Below are positions 1 through 9,142 of a stretch of 42,977 nucleotides of DNA, piece by piece. How positions within the stretch are numbered: position 1 is the stretch's first letter; each line of letters begins with the position of its first letter. The stretch covers positions 1-42,977 of the forward strand of contig JBEQAY010000005.1 of assembly GCA_041640075.1 (NCBI GenBank), read 5' to 3'. The notes beneath the pieces were generated by a model. That model was not told where the DNA came from. It did not search any database and saw only the letters and a program-made list of their open reading frames with translations. The stretch is from Candidatus Nanohaloarchaea archaeon. Lineage in GTDB: Archaea; Nanohalarchaeota; Nanosalinia; Nanosalinales; Nanosalinaceae. The translations under genes were made by a program, and so were the position numbers.

Positions 1-69
1 GTTCTGTGCCTTTCTCGTGTACGGCTGGTTAGGCTGCTCTCTGTAAATGCTTGCAGGTCGATCTCCCAT
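1..69 (-). CDS. rpl10e: 50S ribosomal protein uL16/L10e, N-terminal fragment (runs off the window)
   Basis: Manual translation from ATG at 69 gives MGDRPASIYREQPNQPYTRKAQN, matching the archaeal L10e N-terminus (xPAxxYR...PYTR). Not in the ORF track. Confidence 0.8.
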   Translation of the reverse strand, partial: MGDRPASIYREQPNQPYTRKAQN

Positions 70-122
70 AGTTTTTGAACCTCGTACTCATGCACGTGAA
101 GTGAAATTTTAAATAGGGTTGG

Positions 123-518
123 CTACTTGTCATACTTAGCGACAATTGAATGCATCAAAATCTCTTCTCTTTCAAACCCTTCCTCGCCCAATGCTTCAAC
201 CATTTCATAAGCCTCGTCTATGCCACCTTCCTCAGCTGTATGCTTTATGCTCTTGAATTTGTCGAACATTTCATCATAATCAACCTTGTCGAGGTTTATC
301 CAATCAGAATCGACTTCATCACTCGATTCTAAAAACTCAGCAAGATGCTCGTAATCTTCATCCATGCATCGTTCATGAAATTCTCTGTAGAACTCATCAT
401 CTCTCATGGACTCGAGGTGGGATCGCATCACTTCTGACTTGCTGTAATCCGTATCATCTGTGTATTCGTCAAGCCAGTCAGCGAGGTCATCGTCAACTCT
501 AAAAGTGATTTTAGCCAT
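123..518 (-). CDS. Ribbon-helix-helix (CopG/Arc-like) protein with acidic C-terminal domain
   Basis: N-terminus KITFRVDDDLADWLDEY...SKSEVMR follows the RHH strand-helix-helix pattern. Confidence 0.75.
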   Translation of the reverse strand: MAKITFRVDDDLADWLDEYTDDTDYSKSEVMRSHLESMRDDEFYREFHERCMDEDYEHLAEFLESSDEVDSDWINLDKVDYDEMFDKFKSIKHTAEEGGIDEAYEMVEALGEEGFEREEILMHSIVAKYDK

Positions 519-537
519 TGCTACTTATTAATAGCAA
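518..537. promoter_or_regulatory. Inverted repeat TTGCTA-N8-TAGCAA, candidate operator in the divergent intergenic region
   Basis: TTGCTA at 518-523 and TAGCAA at 532-537 abut the RHH start codon. Confidence 0.4.
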
Positions 538-593
538 ACTGTAATCTTTTTATTTGAATCGGAATTTTAAACCTGGAAAGAAAACCTAGAGAT

Positions 594-1871
594 GTGAGAG
601 AGGTCAAAATTTTCCAGATCGGGCTTGGAAGCTTCGGGAGACATGGCTTTGAGAAGTTCATAGAGATGGAGAACAATCTTCCCGAGGCTGATGTAGAGTT
701 CGTTGGCGTGGCAGATACCGACCCCGAGAAACTTGAGTCCGCTGAAAATTTTGCAGAGACACATAACCTGGAGATCGAAACCTTCCATACTGCAGGAGAG
801 CTATATCAGCGGGCCGAGGAAATCGATAGTCAGGAGAACGAGATACTTGTCTATGACGCCGGTCCGACACAGTCCCACTCCAACCATATCTACGAGTCCG
901 TACATCGTGGTTTCTACCACCTCTCGGAGAAACCCTCTTCGATGACCCGTGAAGAACACATACGAGAGAAAAAACTTGCAGAGGACCGGAACGTTACCTG
1001 GATGGTGGACTTCATAGAAAGGGAGAACCCTGCCGTCCGGAAAACTCTTGAACTACTGGAGGACGAAGATGTAGAGAAAATTGAAGTCTTCAGAGAATCC
1101 TCTATTGGACTCCAGAAACTTTACAACCCTGTAAAACGGGCTGGAGTGAAAGGTGGAGACATACTGGATAAGATGACACATGAAGTCTACGTACTGGACT
1201 TCCTGGAGAAACTGAACGGTGAATTCAAGCTTGAACTTCAGAAGGCCGAGCCAGAGGTCTTCATGCCTAAAGATTTTAACTCGGATAAACTGATGACTAC
1301 CGGCGGAGGTTACACAGAAACTATAGAAGATAATACCGCCACAGGTATGACTTACGCCCGATTTACTTCTTCAGAGACTACTGTGGAGCTTAACTCTTCT
1401 TGGCTGGGTCTGAGTGAAGGTGCTATGCACCATGCGCGGGAAGTCAGAAACAATATTGGCGAGGAGATACTTGAACGTGACTTCGTGGAGCAGGAGGATG
1501 AAGCCTTCCTTGACGAGGAAGCAAGATTCTTCGTAACACATGGTTCAAGAAATCTAATAGGTGATATGCTTCACGGACGGCTTTACGACCTTGATAAAGA
1601 GGAGGAGATTGAGACCAGGGATTATACTCACGACCAGCTGTACAGGGTGCTTGAAAACGCTGTACTGGAGCCTGCCGGTCTTTCAGAGAACCCTGTGTCT
1701 GAGAAGGAGACTGATGTTTTCATGAACGCTGTCTTTGATGTCAGGGATGAAGTTACCTTGGAAGAAGATTTCTATGATGAGCTTGAGAAGGCGAGAGATA
1801 AGATTGAGAGCCTTGTTATCCGGGATGGAAAGATACTTGAAAATGAGGAATCTGAAAGAATAGCAGGATGA
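594..1871 (+). CDS. Gfo/Idh/MocA-family NAD(P)-dependent oxidoreductase (divergent)
   Basis: Rossmann GLGSFG, LSEKP motif, and GGDILDKMTH (DxxxH catalytic motif). Confidence 0.8.
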   Translation: MREVKIFQIGLGSFGRHGFEKFIEMENNLPEADVEFVGVADTDPEKLESAENFAETHNLEIETFHTAGELYQRAEEIDSQENEILVYDAGPTQSHSNHIYESVHRGFYHLSEKPSSMTREEHIREKKLAEDRNVTWMVDFIERENPAVRKTLELLEDEDVEKIEVFRESSIGLQKLYNPVKRAGVKGGDILDKMTHEVYVLDFLEKLNGEFKLELQKAEPEVFMPKDFNSDKLMTTGGGYTETIEDNTATGMTYARFTSSETTVELNSSWLGLSEGAMHHAREVRNNIGEEILERDFVEQEDEAFLDEEARFFVTHGSRNLIGDMLHGRLYDLDKEEEIETRDYTHDQLYRVLENAVLEPAGLSENPVSEKETDVFMNAVFDVRDEVTLEEDFYDELEKARDKIESLVIRDGKILENEESERIAG

Positions 1872-2971
1872 AAGCAGTAATTCCATGTGCACTGAAAGAA
1901 GAGCAACTTTTCCCTTTCTCAGAAACACTGCCTACAGCACTTATGCCTGTGATGGGTATACCGATAATCGAACACTTGATACAGGATCTTGAGTCAGCAG
2001 GTGTAGACGAGTTCTACATCGTGGCAAACCACCTCGAGGAAAAGTTCGAGGAGAGATTCGAGAAAAATCCTAACGTACACGTCGTGCACCAGGAGGAACT
2101 AACAGGGACCGGATCCGCACTACAGGCAGTTGATCCTCTGGATGAAGAGTTCTTTGTGGTCAACGGCGATGTAGTGGTCTCAGACCGAGACCTGGATCAT
2201 CTGCAGAAAAAATTCCATAACTCTGGTTCAAAGGTTTCGATGCTTGCGGCCGGAGAGGAAAAACCGGAAAAATTCGGTGTGCTCAGCATCACTAACGACA
2301 TGGTCACGGGAATAAATGAAAAACCAGATGAACCAGACAACTCACTTGTCAACACCGGTATCTACATGTTCGAACCAGAGATAATCGATCTACTTGAAGA
2401 CCTGGAAGACGGACAGAACTCGCTTGTGGATGCAGTAAAGGAACTTGCCGAGAAAGAAGAAGCTACTTTCGAGCTTGTAGAGGATTACTGGGTCGACATA
2501 GGAGATCCAAAAACTCTGAAAAAAGCTGACGCAGTGAAAAGAGAGTTCGAGATAACTGAAACAGAGATCGCAGACTCTGCAGAAGTACATGAAAACGTTG
2601 AGATCATCGGAAACGCAGAGATTGCTGAAGAAACAGTACTGAAACCTGGTACAGTTATCGAGGGAGATGTCTACATAGGTGAAGGCACAGTAGTAGAGCC
2701 AAACACACGGCTGAAGAACTGTTCAATATCCCGTAACGGAGTAATAGATGCTGAATCCGTCCGAGAATCAGTAGTTTTCCAGGAAAATATCGTGGACCCT
2801 GGGGTATGCATCGAGAACTGTATAATAGGAGAGGAATCCGATGTACGCTCCGGTTCAGTTATCCGTGAAAGTTTCATAGGTGCAGGAAGCTACATAGAGA
2901 TAAATAATTCCATCTACGGCGTCAAGTTCGTACCTGATGCCAGGACAGACCTGCATGAGATAAGCAAGTAG
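1868..2971 (+). CDS. Sugar-phosphate nucleotidyltransferase-like protein with hexapeptide beta-helix; catalytic signature degenerate
   Basis: GTG, VNGD, EKP, NTGIY and WVDIG motifs plus C-terminal hexapeptide repeats. The N-terminal GxGxR...K loop reads PCALKEEQL...PTA. ATGA overlap with the upstream gene. Confidence 0.85.
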   Translation: MKAVIPCALKEEQLFPFSETLPTALMPVMGIPIIEHLIQDLESAGVDEFYIVANHLEEKFEERFEKNPNVHVVHQEELTGTGSALQAVDPLDEEFFVVNGDVVVSDRDLDHLQKKFHNSGSKVSMLAAGEEKPEKFGVLSITNDMVTGINEKPDEPDNSLVNTGIYMFEPEIIDLLEDLEDGQNSLVDAVKELAEKEEATFELVEDYWVDIGDPKTLKKADAVKREFEITETEIADSAEVHENVEIIGNAEIAEETVLKPGTVIEGDVYIGEGTVVEPNTRLKNCSISRNGVIDAESVRESVVFQENIVDPGVCIENCIIGEESDVRSGSVIRESFIGAGSYIEINNSIYGVKFVPDARTDLHEISK

Positions 2972-2996
2972 AATGTTTTAAAGAGCTCCTTGCGGT

Positions 2997-3866
2997 TTGA
3001 ACTTTATGGAGATAGGTATCCTGATGGCTCTGATCTCTGCATTTACCTCCTCACTGAGAGAATCAATCAGGAAGCATATCTCCTCCGATTTCAGCTCCGT
3101 GGAGATAGGCTACATGACCCAGGTCTACGGAGCCGTGATACTGGCCCCGTTCGCATCATACTACTTCATACAGTCCTCAATAACTTTCACACCGGAACTC
3201 ATCCTTGCACTTCTGCTCTCTGCAGGAGGTGTTCTCTCCACCACGTACATCTACGTCGAGGCCATGAGGATCTCTGATCTATCCGTCACCGAGCCATTAC
3301 GGCAGATGACTCCGTTGATAGTGGCCCTTCTGGAACCGGTCTTCCTGGCAACAGATTTCTCGGCAACCGTTCTCGCAGCAGCGCTCCTGGGAGCAATCGG
3401 CTCATACATCCTCGTCTCCGACAAAGGCTTTAGAGCGCCTCTGCAGAATCTGAAAAATAGGGGTGCTTTGATGGCGGTACTTGTAGCAGTTATATTTGCA
3501 GTACTGGCCATAGCAAAGAGGTTTGGATCTACAAACATCGAGCCCCTGCTTTTCACCTATTTCACGTATGTAATAGGGCTCATCGGCTTCTGGATCTGGA
3601 AGAAAAAGAAAGGTGATTCACCTTGCATAGAATCTTTCATGAGGAAAGACGTGGCTACCATGGGAACAGTAACTGCAGTAGGAGCTGTTATAACTATCTA
3701 TGCCTTCTCAATGATCTCTGCGTCAGAAGTAGTCGTAATAAAGCAGACCTCTGGAATATTTGGCATACTTATCGGAAGAAGATTCTTCAAGGAGGAAGCA
3801 ATAATCAGAAAACTTCTGGGCGCCCTTGTAATAATAACTGGAGTCTTAATAGTTACTTTAATCTGA
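2997..3866 (+). CDS. EamA/DMT-family transporter
   Basis: About 10 hydrophobic segments in two repeats; the C-terminal FFKE...KLLGALVIITGV pattern is typical. Start may be ATG 3006. Confidence 0.85.
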   Translation: MNFMEIGILMALISAFTSSLRESIRKHISSDFSSVEIGYMTQVYGAVILAPFASYYFIQSSITFTPELILALLLSAGGVLSTTYIYVEAMRISDLSVTEPLRQMTPLIVALLEPVFLATDFSATVLAAALLGAIGSYILVSDKGFRAPLQNLKNRGALMAVLVAVIFAVLAIAKRFGSTNIEPLLFTYFTYVIGLIGFWIWKKKKGDSPCIESFMRKDVATMGTVTAVGAVITIYAFSMISASEVVVIKQTSGIFGILIGRRFFKEEAIIRKLLGALVIITGVLIVTLI

Positions 3867-4718
3867 CTAGAGTTTCTCGACGATCTGAACCTCTTCTATA
3901 CTGTGTTTTGTACCGTAGCCTCTGACTACAGCACCTTTTTCACCTAATTCCTCTGCTCTAGAGGAAAGTGCTTCTATTGCTGCCGAAGTTCCGAGTCCAA
4001 AAAGGCCTGCTACTACCATCCTTGGTTCTCCATCGATTTGTGTCTTCGCTATGAACCCGATTTCATCACCGGAGTAACTGTTTTCTTCCGTAATTATCCT
4101 GTCGTGAGTTTCTGTGAACTTGGCCGGCATCTCGGAGTTGAGTTCCTCTGTGAGCGTGTTGACCAGGGGTCCTGCTACCGAGATCAGAGGTCTTTCCCGG
4201 ATTTTTTCGTCAAGTTCTGTATCTGTATGGATTAGTTGCTGTCTTCTCCTGCCGTAGTTTCCAAGTATCGCTGTGATCTCTCCGGCCCTGTACGCATTTT
4301 TGTGCCTCCTGTCATGTTCACCATGAGGATACGGCGCACCAACGATTACTCTCGCCTCTATCTTACTTTTTTGAACAAAACCCTGTAGAATATCCGGTAC
4401 GTTCTCCAGCATCAGTGGATTTTCCTCCGGTTCTACAGAATCAGGTGTGAAATAAAAAGCAGAGTTCTCTGCACTGAAGTAACGTGGTCTTCCCTCAGAG
4501 GCTTCAAGTAGACCTGAATCCAGCATATCTTCGACGTGGTAGTAAGCAGCCTGCTTTTTTATATCAAGACTTTCCATCAGATCCTCTACGGAAACCTTCT
4601 TCTCCGAAGCCTCTTCCAGTATCTTCCTCCTAATCTTGGAATCCAGGACCTTCAGTCCCTCTTCATCAACTTCCTTTGCCGGCAGGAACTCGTCTTCCTT
4701 TACCAGGTAATGGAACAT
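3867..4718 (-). CDS. ArsR-like winged-HTH transcriptional regulator with C-terminal putative ligand-binding domain
   Basis: KVLDSKIRRKIL...KQAAYYHVEDMLDSGLL HTH; C-terminal alpha/beta domain containing ISVAGPLVN. Confidence 0.75.
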   Translation of the reverse strand: MFHYLVKEDEFLPAKEVDEEGLKVLDSKIRRKILEEASEKKVSVEDLMESLDIKKQAAYYHVEDMLDSGLLEASEGRPRYFSAENSAFYFTPDSVEPEENPLMLENVPDILQGFVQKSKIEARVIVGAPYPHGEHDRRHKNAYRAGEITAILGNYGRRRQQLIHTDTELDEKIRERPLISVAGPLVNTLTEELNSEMPAKFTETHDRIITEENSYSGDEIGFIAKTQIDGEPRMVVAGLFGLGTSAAIEALSSRAEELGEKGAVVRGYGTKHSIEEVQIVEKL

Positions 4719-4721
4719 GTT

Positions 4722-4770
4722 TTGTAAACTTCTTCACAACTATCAAAAGTTTTTCGAAAAAAATTTACAA
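4722..4770. promoter_or_regulatory. Divergent promoter region with palindromes (candidate operators)
   Basis: Perfect palindrome TTTTTCGAAAAA at 4750-4761, plus inverted pair TTGTAAA (4722-4728) and TTTACAA (4764-4770). Confidence 0.35.
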
Positions 4771-4816
4771 CCCACTATTTTAAGCTGCTGATACTGTTGT
4801 CTCTATGTGATAATAA

Positions 4817-6382
4817 ATGAGTGCTGGAGATAGAGGGAATCTGACTGTTTCAGTACTTGGAGCAGGAGGACATCAAGGAAAGGAGACGCTGAATACCTTT
4901 ATCGACAATGTCTGGAATACAGACCTCGAACACGGCCTTCTATCGAAGAGAGACGAAATTGAGAGGATTGTAGCTGTTGAAAGATCCGAGGAAGAATACA
5001 AGGATATAGAGGAGGCCCTGAGCGATAACCCTGAAGAGTTTGAAGATCCTGAAGAGGCCTTCATATTTGAAGAGGAATGGGACCTGGTTGAAGAGGACTG
5101 GCACTCAAAAACATACAGGAACGAAGATATAGACGTTGAACTAGAGTTTGTGAACGAGGATGCTGTAGATTACCTTCAGAAAGGTTTTGACGGAGGCCTT
5201 GTGTACGACGGCGTATGGACCGATCAGAGGGAGAGAGTAACAAAAGCTATGGCAGATCGTCTGGAAGGAGAAAATAGTGCATTACTCTCTGAATCAGTGG
5301 CAGAATTATTCGAGAAACCTTCAGGCGTTGCACGCAGTGAAATTTTTCGTTTGATGGAGCTTGATATTCCCCTCTCAGAGAACCAGGTTGAGATGTTCTC
5401 TAAACAGAAGAAAACGACAATCCAGAAAATAAGAGAGTCTGATTCAGATGTCAAGAGGATAGAGACTTACAGGATGTCTGAGCCTATCAAGATGGTTCCA
5501 AAAAACGAAGATGATCAAGAAAGGAACCTTCTGAAACATAACTCAGGATCAATGATGGACAAAGGAGTCCACGACTGGGGTAAAATCCTTACCACGCTTA
5601 AAGCGGACGGAAAGTTCGGCGAAAACGAATCCGTGGATATTGATGAAGATAAATCAGTTTACAGGAAAGCAATAGCCTCCCTGGAGGAAAAAGATGTAGC
5701 TTACCGCGAGGATGGAATTCGAATCTCAGACACCGAACTTGAAGATCCTAGCTCAGATGAAAGGATAAACGATGCATACTCTGAAGCAAAGGCTGAAATA
5801 AACGGAGTAGATGTAAAGGTAGCAACCTCTCTTACTGGATGGGATGAAGAGGTAGAGGAAAGAGCAGAGGAACTCGAGCAGAAGTTCTCGTTAAATGACC
5901 ACCATGTCGAACTAGCAGAAGGAGTGGAAGATAGTGAAGAAGTTATTGAGAGCATAGAGGAGTCTGAGCTGATATACGGGAGAGATGGTGGACATGAAAT
6001 CCGCGCAGAGTATATAGAAACTGATGAAGCTGAGTACCTTGTATCTACGGGCGGAGAGATGTACACACTGAGAAAAGACGACGAAGGCATAACTGTACTG
6101 GCCTATGGGGGCTCAGACTGGCACGCAGAGTTCCTGGAAGAGGGAATTGATGCAGCAGCGCGTGGAGAAGAGATGACAGTCGATATAGCAAGCGCCGTAG
6201 AGACCAACAGAATTCTGGAAGAAGTAACGGATTACATCCACAGAAACTCTCAGGGAAAGCCTATGCGTACAGATGTATCAGATTACGAAGGTCTCAGAGA
6301 AGTAATAGCTCCTGAAACAGAGAAAAAGGAAGAAGAAAGTATAGAGCTCGTGGAAAATCCGGAAACCTATTCAGAAGCATGA
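4817..6382 (+). CDS. Highly divergent, very acidic Gfo/Idh/MocA-like oxidoreductase
   Basis: VSVLGAGGHQG Rossmann-like loop, FEKP motif, GSMMDKGVHD (DxxxH). Confidence 0.6.
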   Translation: MSAGDRGNLTVSVLGAGGHQGKETLNTFIDNVWNTDLEHGLLSKRDEIERIVAVERSEEEYKDIEEALSDNPEEFEDPEEAFIFEEEWDLVEEDWHSKTYRNEDIDVELEFVNEDAVDYLQKGFDGGLVYDGVWTDQRERVTKAMADRLEGENSALLSESVAELFEKPSGVARSEIFRLMELDIPLSENQVEMFSKQKKTTIQKIRESDSDVKRIETYRMSEPIKMVPKNEDDQERNLLKHNSGSMMDKGVHDWGKILTTLKADGKFGENESVDIDEDKSVYRKAIASLEEKDVAYREDGIRISDTELEDPSSDERINDAYSEAKAEINGVDVKVATSLTGWDEEVEERAEELEQKFSLNDHHVELAEGVEDSEEVIESIEESELIYGRDGGHEIRAEYIETDEAEYLVSTGGEMYTLRKDDEGITVLAYGGSDWHAEFLEEGIDAAARGEEMTVDIASAVETNRILEEVTDYIHRNSQGKPMRTDVSDYEGLREVIAPETEKKEEESIELVENPETYSEA

Positions 6383-6407
6383 AAATCAAATCAGAGGATA
6401 AAACACA

Positions 6408-7172
6408 GTGAAAGCACTGGTATTAGAGCCCCATGACGATGACCTGATCATCGGAATGGGCGGGACAGCACTGGAACTGATGGAGAAGGACTGGGAGTTC
6501 CGTACCGTTCAGATGACGGATGGTAGGCACGGCAGCAACGAGATAGAACCTCAAGAACTCATCGAGATCCGCAGAGAGGAGAAACAAAAAGAGATAGACT
6601 ACCTAGGAATCAAATGTGACTTTCTCGACTACGAGGACGGTACTCTCTGGGAGGAGATTCAGGAAAACAGGGATGAGATAGTTTCAGAGATAAGAGAGAT
6701 ACTTTCAGAGTTCGAACCAGACATAGTCTTCATGCCCGCGAGGAACGAAGGCCATCCCGATCACAGGGCAACGAACTTACTGGCGAGCAGAGCCGTACAT
6801 AGTTCCGAGATCGAACCCTTGAAGGCCTCTTATATAGTATGGCAGATGCCCTTCCTGGAAGGCGAGAACCTCGCCAGTAAAGTGATCAGAACCGAAGTAG
6901 AAGACGTTTTCGACCAGAAAATAGAAGCTTTGAGACTTCACGAATCGCAGATCAAAGAAGGAAGATACGATGAGATGGTGGAGAAGTTCAACAGCTTCCT
7001 CGGATTGCTCTACTCATCGTACGACGACAAAATTGGTAGATCCGAGGTACTGGGCATCCAAGATCCTGAGAAAATGGAGAATCTTGAAGGCCTTGAATTT
7101 GAGGACTTTACAAGAATGAGCCATGGGAGGTCAACAGAGAATATAGATCTTGAGGAGGTGAACGAAGATTGA
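6408..7172 (+). CDS. PIG-L/LmbE-family N-deacetylase
   Basis: PHDDD and HPDH metal-binding motifs, TDG and HESQ; GTG start. Confidence 0.92.
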   Translation: MKALVLEPHDDDLIIGMGGTALELMEKDWEFRTVQMTDGRHGSNEIEPQELIEIRREEKQKEIDYLGIKCDFLDYEDGTLWEEIQENRDEIVSEIREILSEFEPDIVFMPARNEGHPDHRATNLLASRAVHSSEIEPLKASYIVWQMPFLEGENLASKVIRTEVEDVFDQKIEALRLHESQIKEGRYDEMVEKFNSFLGLLYSSYDDKIGRSEVLGIQDPEKMENLEGLEFEDFTRMSHGRSTENIDLEEVNED

Positions 7173-7855
7173 GAGGATTTGACCAGGAGTATTTTGATGA
7201 AAAATTTGAGGACTCGGAATGGGGATTCTTTGAAAGCGAATACGAGCAGAGAAAATACGACAGGACATTGAGGAGAGCGGTGGAGAGACAGCCTGACCCA
7301 GATTCGATACTTGAGCTTGCAACAGGGCCGGGTGCGTTCACTGAGAAGGTTCTTCACCAGTATCCTGAGGCAGAGTTCACTGGTGTAGATATCTCTGAGG
7401 TCGCGGTCGAGGAAGCAGAGGAATTGATTGAGGACTCACCTAATCCGGACAGAGCTCAAGTTCTGCAGGATGACATGGTGGACTTTGCCCGTGAAAACGA
7501 TGAAGCATATGACCTAGTATTCATGAGCGAGTCAGTGTACTATCCTGCTGAGAACGAGTCTGGGGAAGTTTTCAGGAACTTCGCTCGCGACCTGGGGGAC
7601 ATGGTTGCAGGGGACGGACACCTGGTCTCAGCTAACATACACAGGGAGGTCGAAGACGGCGAATACAAGAAAAACGACAGTGCGCGGATGGATGAGATCC
7701 GGCAGGAGCTTGAGACAGGAGGGCTTGAACTTGTAGAAAACGCTTTCTTCCCAGATGAGCCGAAAACCTACGGAGATAAAGGTTACAGAGAACACGACTA
7801 TGCTATCTGGGTCCTCGCTCCCGGAAGTGATCAACTTCAAAACTCTCACGTGTAA
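7169..7855 (+). CDS. Class I SAM-dependent methyltransferase, NodS-like
   Basis: WGFFESEYEQRKY, LELATGPGAFTEK, YDLVFMSESVYY and GHLV resemble NodS-family motifs. TTG start in a TTGA overlap, with GAGGTG upstream. Confidence 0.85.
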   Translation: MRGFDQEYFDEKFEDSEWGFFESEYEQRKYDRTLRRAVERQPDPDSILELATGPGAFTEKVLHQYPEAEFTGVDISEVAVEEAEELIEDSPNPDRAQVLQDDMVDFARENDEAYDLVFMSESVYYPAENESGEVFRNFARDLGDMVAGDGHLVSANIHREVEDGEYKKNDSARMDEIRQELETGGLELVENAFFPDEPKTYGDKGYREHDYAIWVLAPGSDQLQNSHV

Positions 7856-7882
7856 AGACTAAACCACGAGGCAAGAACTTCA

Positions 7883-9142
7883 ATGAAAGCAGTGATCCTT
7901 GCAGCAGGCCAGTCCAGCAGGTTCAAACCCCTCAGCGATAACAGGCATAAAGGCCTTACCGAAGTCCTTGGAAAGCCTATCATAGAACATACTATAGAAG
8001 AACTGAGAAACGCTGGCGTAGATGAAGTTATAATTGTTCAAGGACCGGACAAGGAGATAGAGAAAGAGCTGGGCAACTCCGCAGATCACTACGTCGTACA
8101 GGAAGAACCTAGAGGCATGGGAAACGCTCTGAGACAGGCTGAAGACCTTTTGGACGAAAAATTCCTTGTTTTAACTCCTTACAGGGCAAACGCAGACCAG
8201 TTCTTCAAGCCTATGATAGAAAAGGCCGAGAAAGAGGACTCAGACATAGTTTTCGTCTCAACACCGACCCAGGAACCGGAGAAGTACGGCATCCTGGAAC
8301 TGGATGAAGATGGTAAAGCCGTTGACATGGTTGAGAAGCCCGACCCTGAGGAAGCTCCTTCGAACCACAAGATAGTGGGTATGTATCTACTTGATGAATC
8401 CTTCTTTGGTTATCTTGATGATGTTGAGACATGGGAGTACCAGTACGAGGATGCGTTGAGTGAGCAGATGAGCGAGGAACCAGCCTCAGTCCTGAAGATC
8501 GAGGAAGAGACGAACTCCATCAAGTATCCGTGGGACCTGTTTTCCGTAGTTGAGGAGTTGATGGAGGAGAGAGATCAAAATATCTCGGAAGATGCCTCGA
8601 TAGCGGAATCTGCTAAGATAGAGGGGAACGTGATAGTTGAGGACGGCGCAAGAATATTTGAGAACGCCGTTATTCGAGGCCCTGCCTACATCGGTGAAAA
8701 CGCAGTTGTAGGGAACAATGCCTTGGTTAGAGATCACGTAGCAATCGAGAAAGATGTTACTATAGGTACTAATTCTGAGGTGAAGAACTCTGTCTTCCAG
8801 ACTGGTTCTTCACTACATTCAGGTTATATCGGGGACTCGATTATCGGTAAATATACCAAGATAGGTGCTGAGACGGTTACAGCCAACAGAGGATTCAGAG
8901 AAAACGGTGAAAGGCCTCATATAGAGTCAGATCTTATCGGGAAAGACTACGGGAAAAATACTGGCAGAAAGTTCATGGGTGCAGTTATAGGAGATAACGT
9001 GGATATAGGTGTAAACGTTTCACTGATGCCAGGCATCCAGATCGGCAGCGATGCAAAGATAGGGCCGGGAACAGTCGTTCATGAGAACGTGGAACAGGGA
9101 GAAACCGTCTATGTTGATCAAGAACAGGTGAAAAAAGATTGA
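7883..9142 (+). CDS. glmU: Archaeal-type bifunctional sugar-1-phosphate nucleotidyltransferase/acetyltransferase (GlmU-like)
   Basis: LAAGQSSRFKPL...HKGL with Arg and Lys retained, EKP, YPWDL, long hexapeptide beta-helix, YIGDSIIG and GAVIGD. Confidence 0.85.
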   Translation: MKAVILAAGQSSRFKPLSDNRHKGLTEVLGKPIIEHTIEELRNAGVDEVIIVQGPDKEIEKELGNSADHYVVQEEPRGMGNALRQAEDLLDEKFLVLTPYRANADQFFKPMIEKAEKEDSDIVFVSTPTQEPEKYGILELDEDGKAVDMVEKPDPEEAPSNHKIVGMYLLDESFFGYLDDVETWEYQYEDALSEQMSEEPASVLKIEEETNSIKYPWDLFSVVEELMEERDQNISEDASIAESAKIEGNVIVEDGARIFENAVIRGPAYIGENAVVGNNALVRDHVAIEKDVTIGTNSEVKNSVFQTGSSLHSGYIGDSIIGKYTKIGAETVTANRGFRENGERPHIESDLIGKDYGKNTGRKFMGAVIGDNVDIGVNVSLMPGIQIGSDAKIGPGTVVHENVEQGETVYVDQEQVKKD

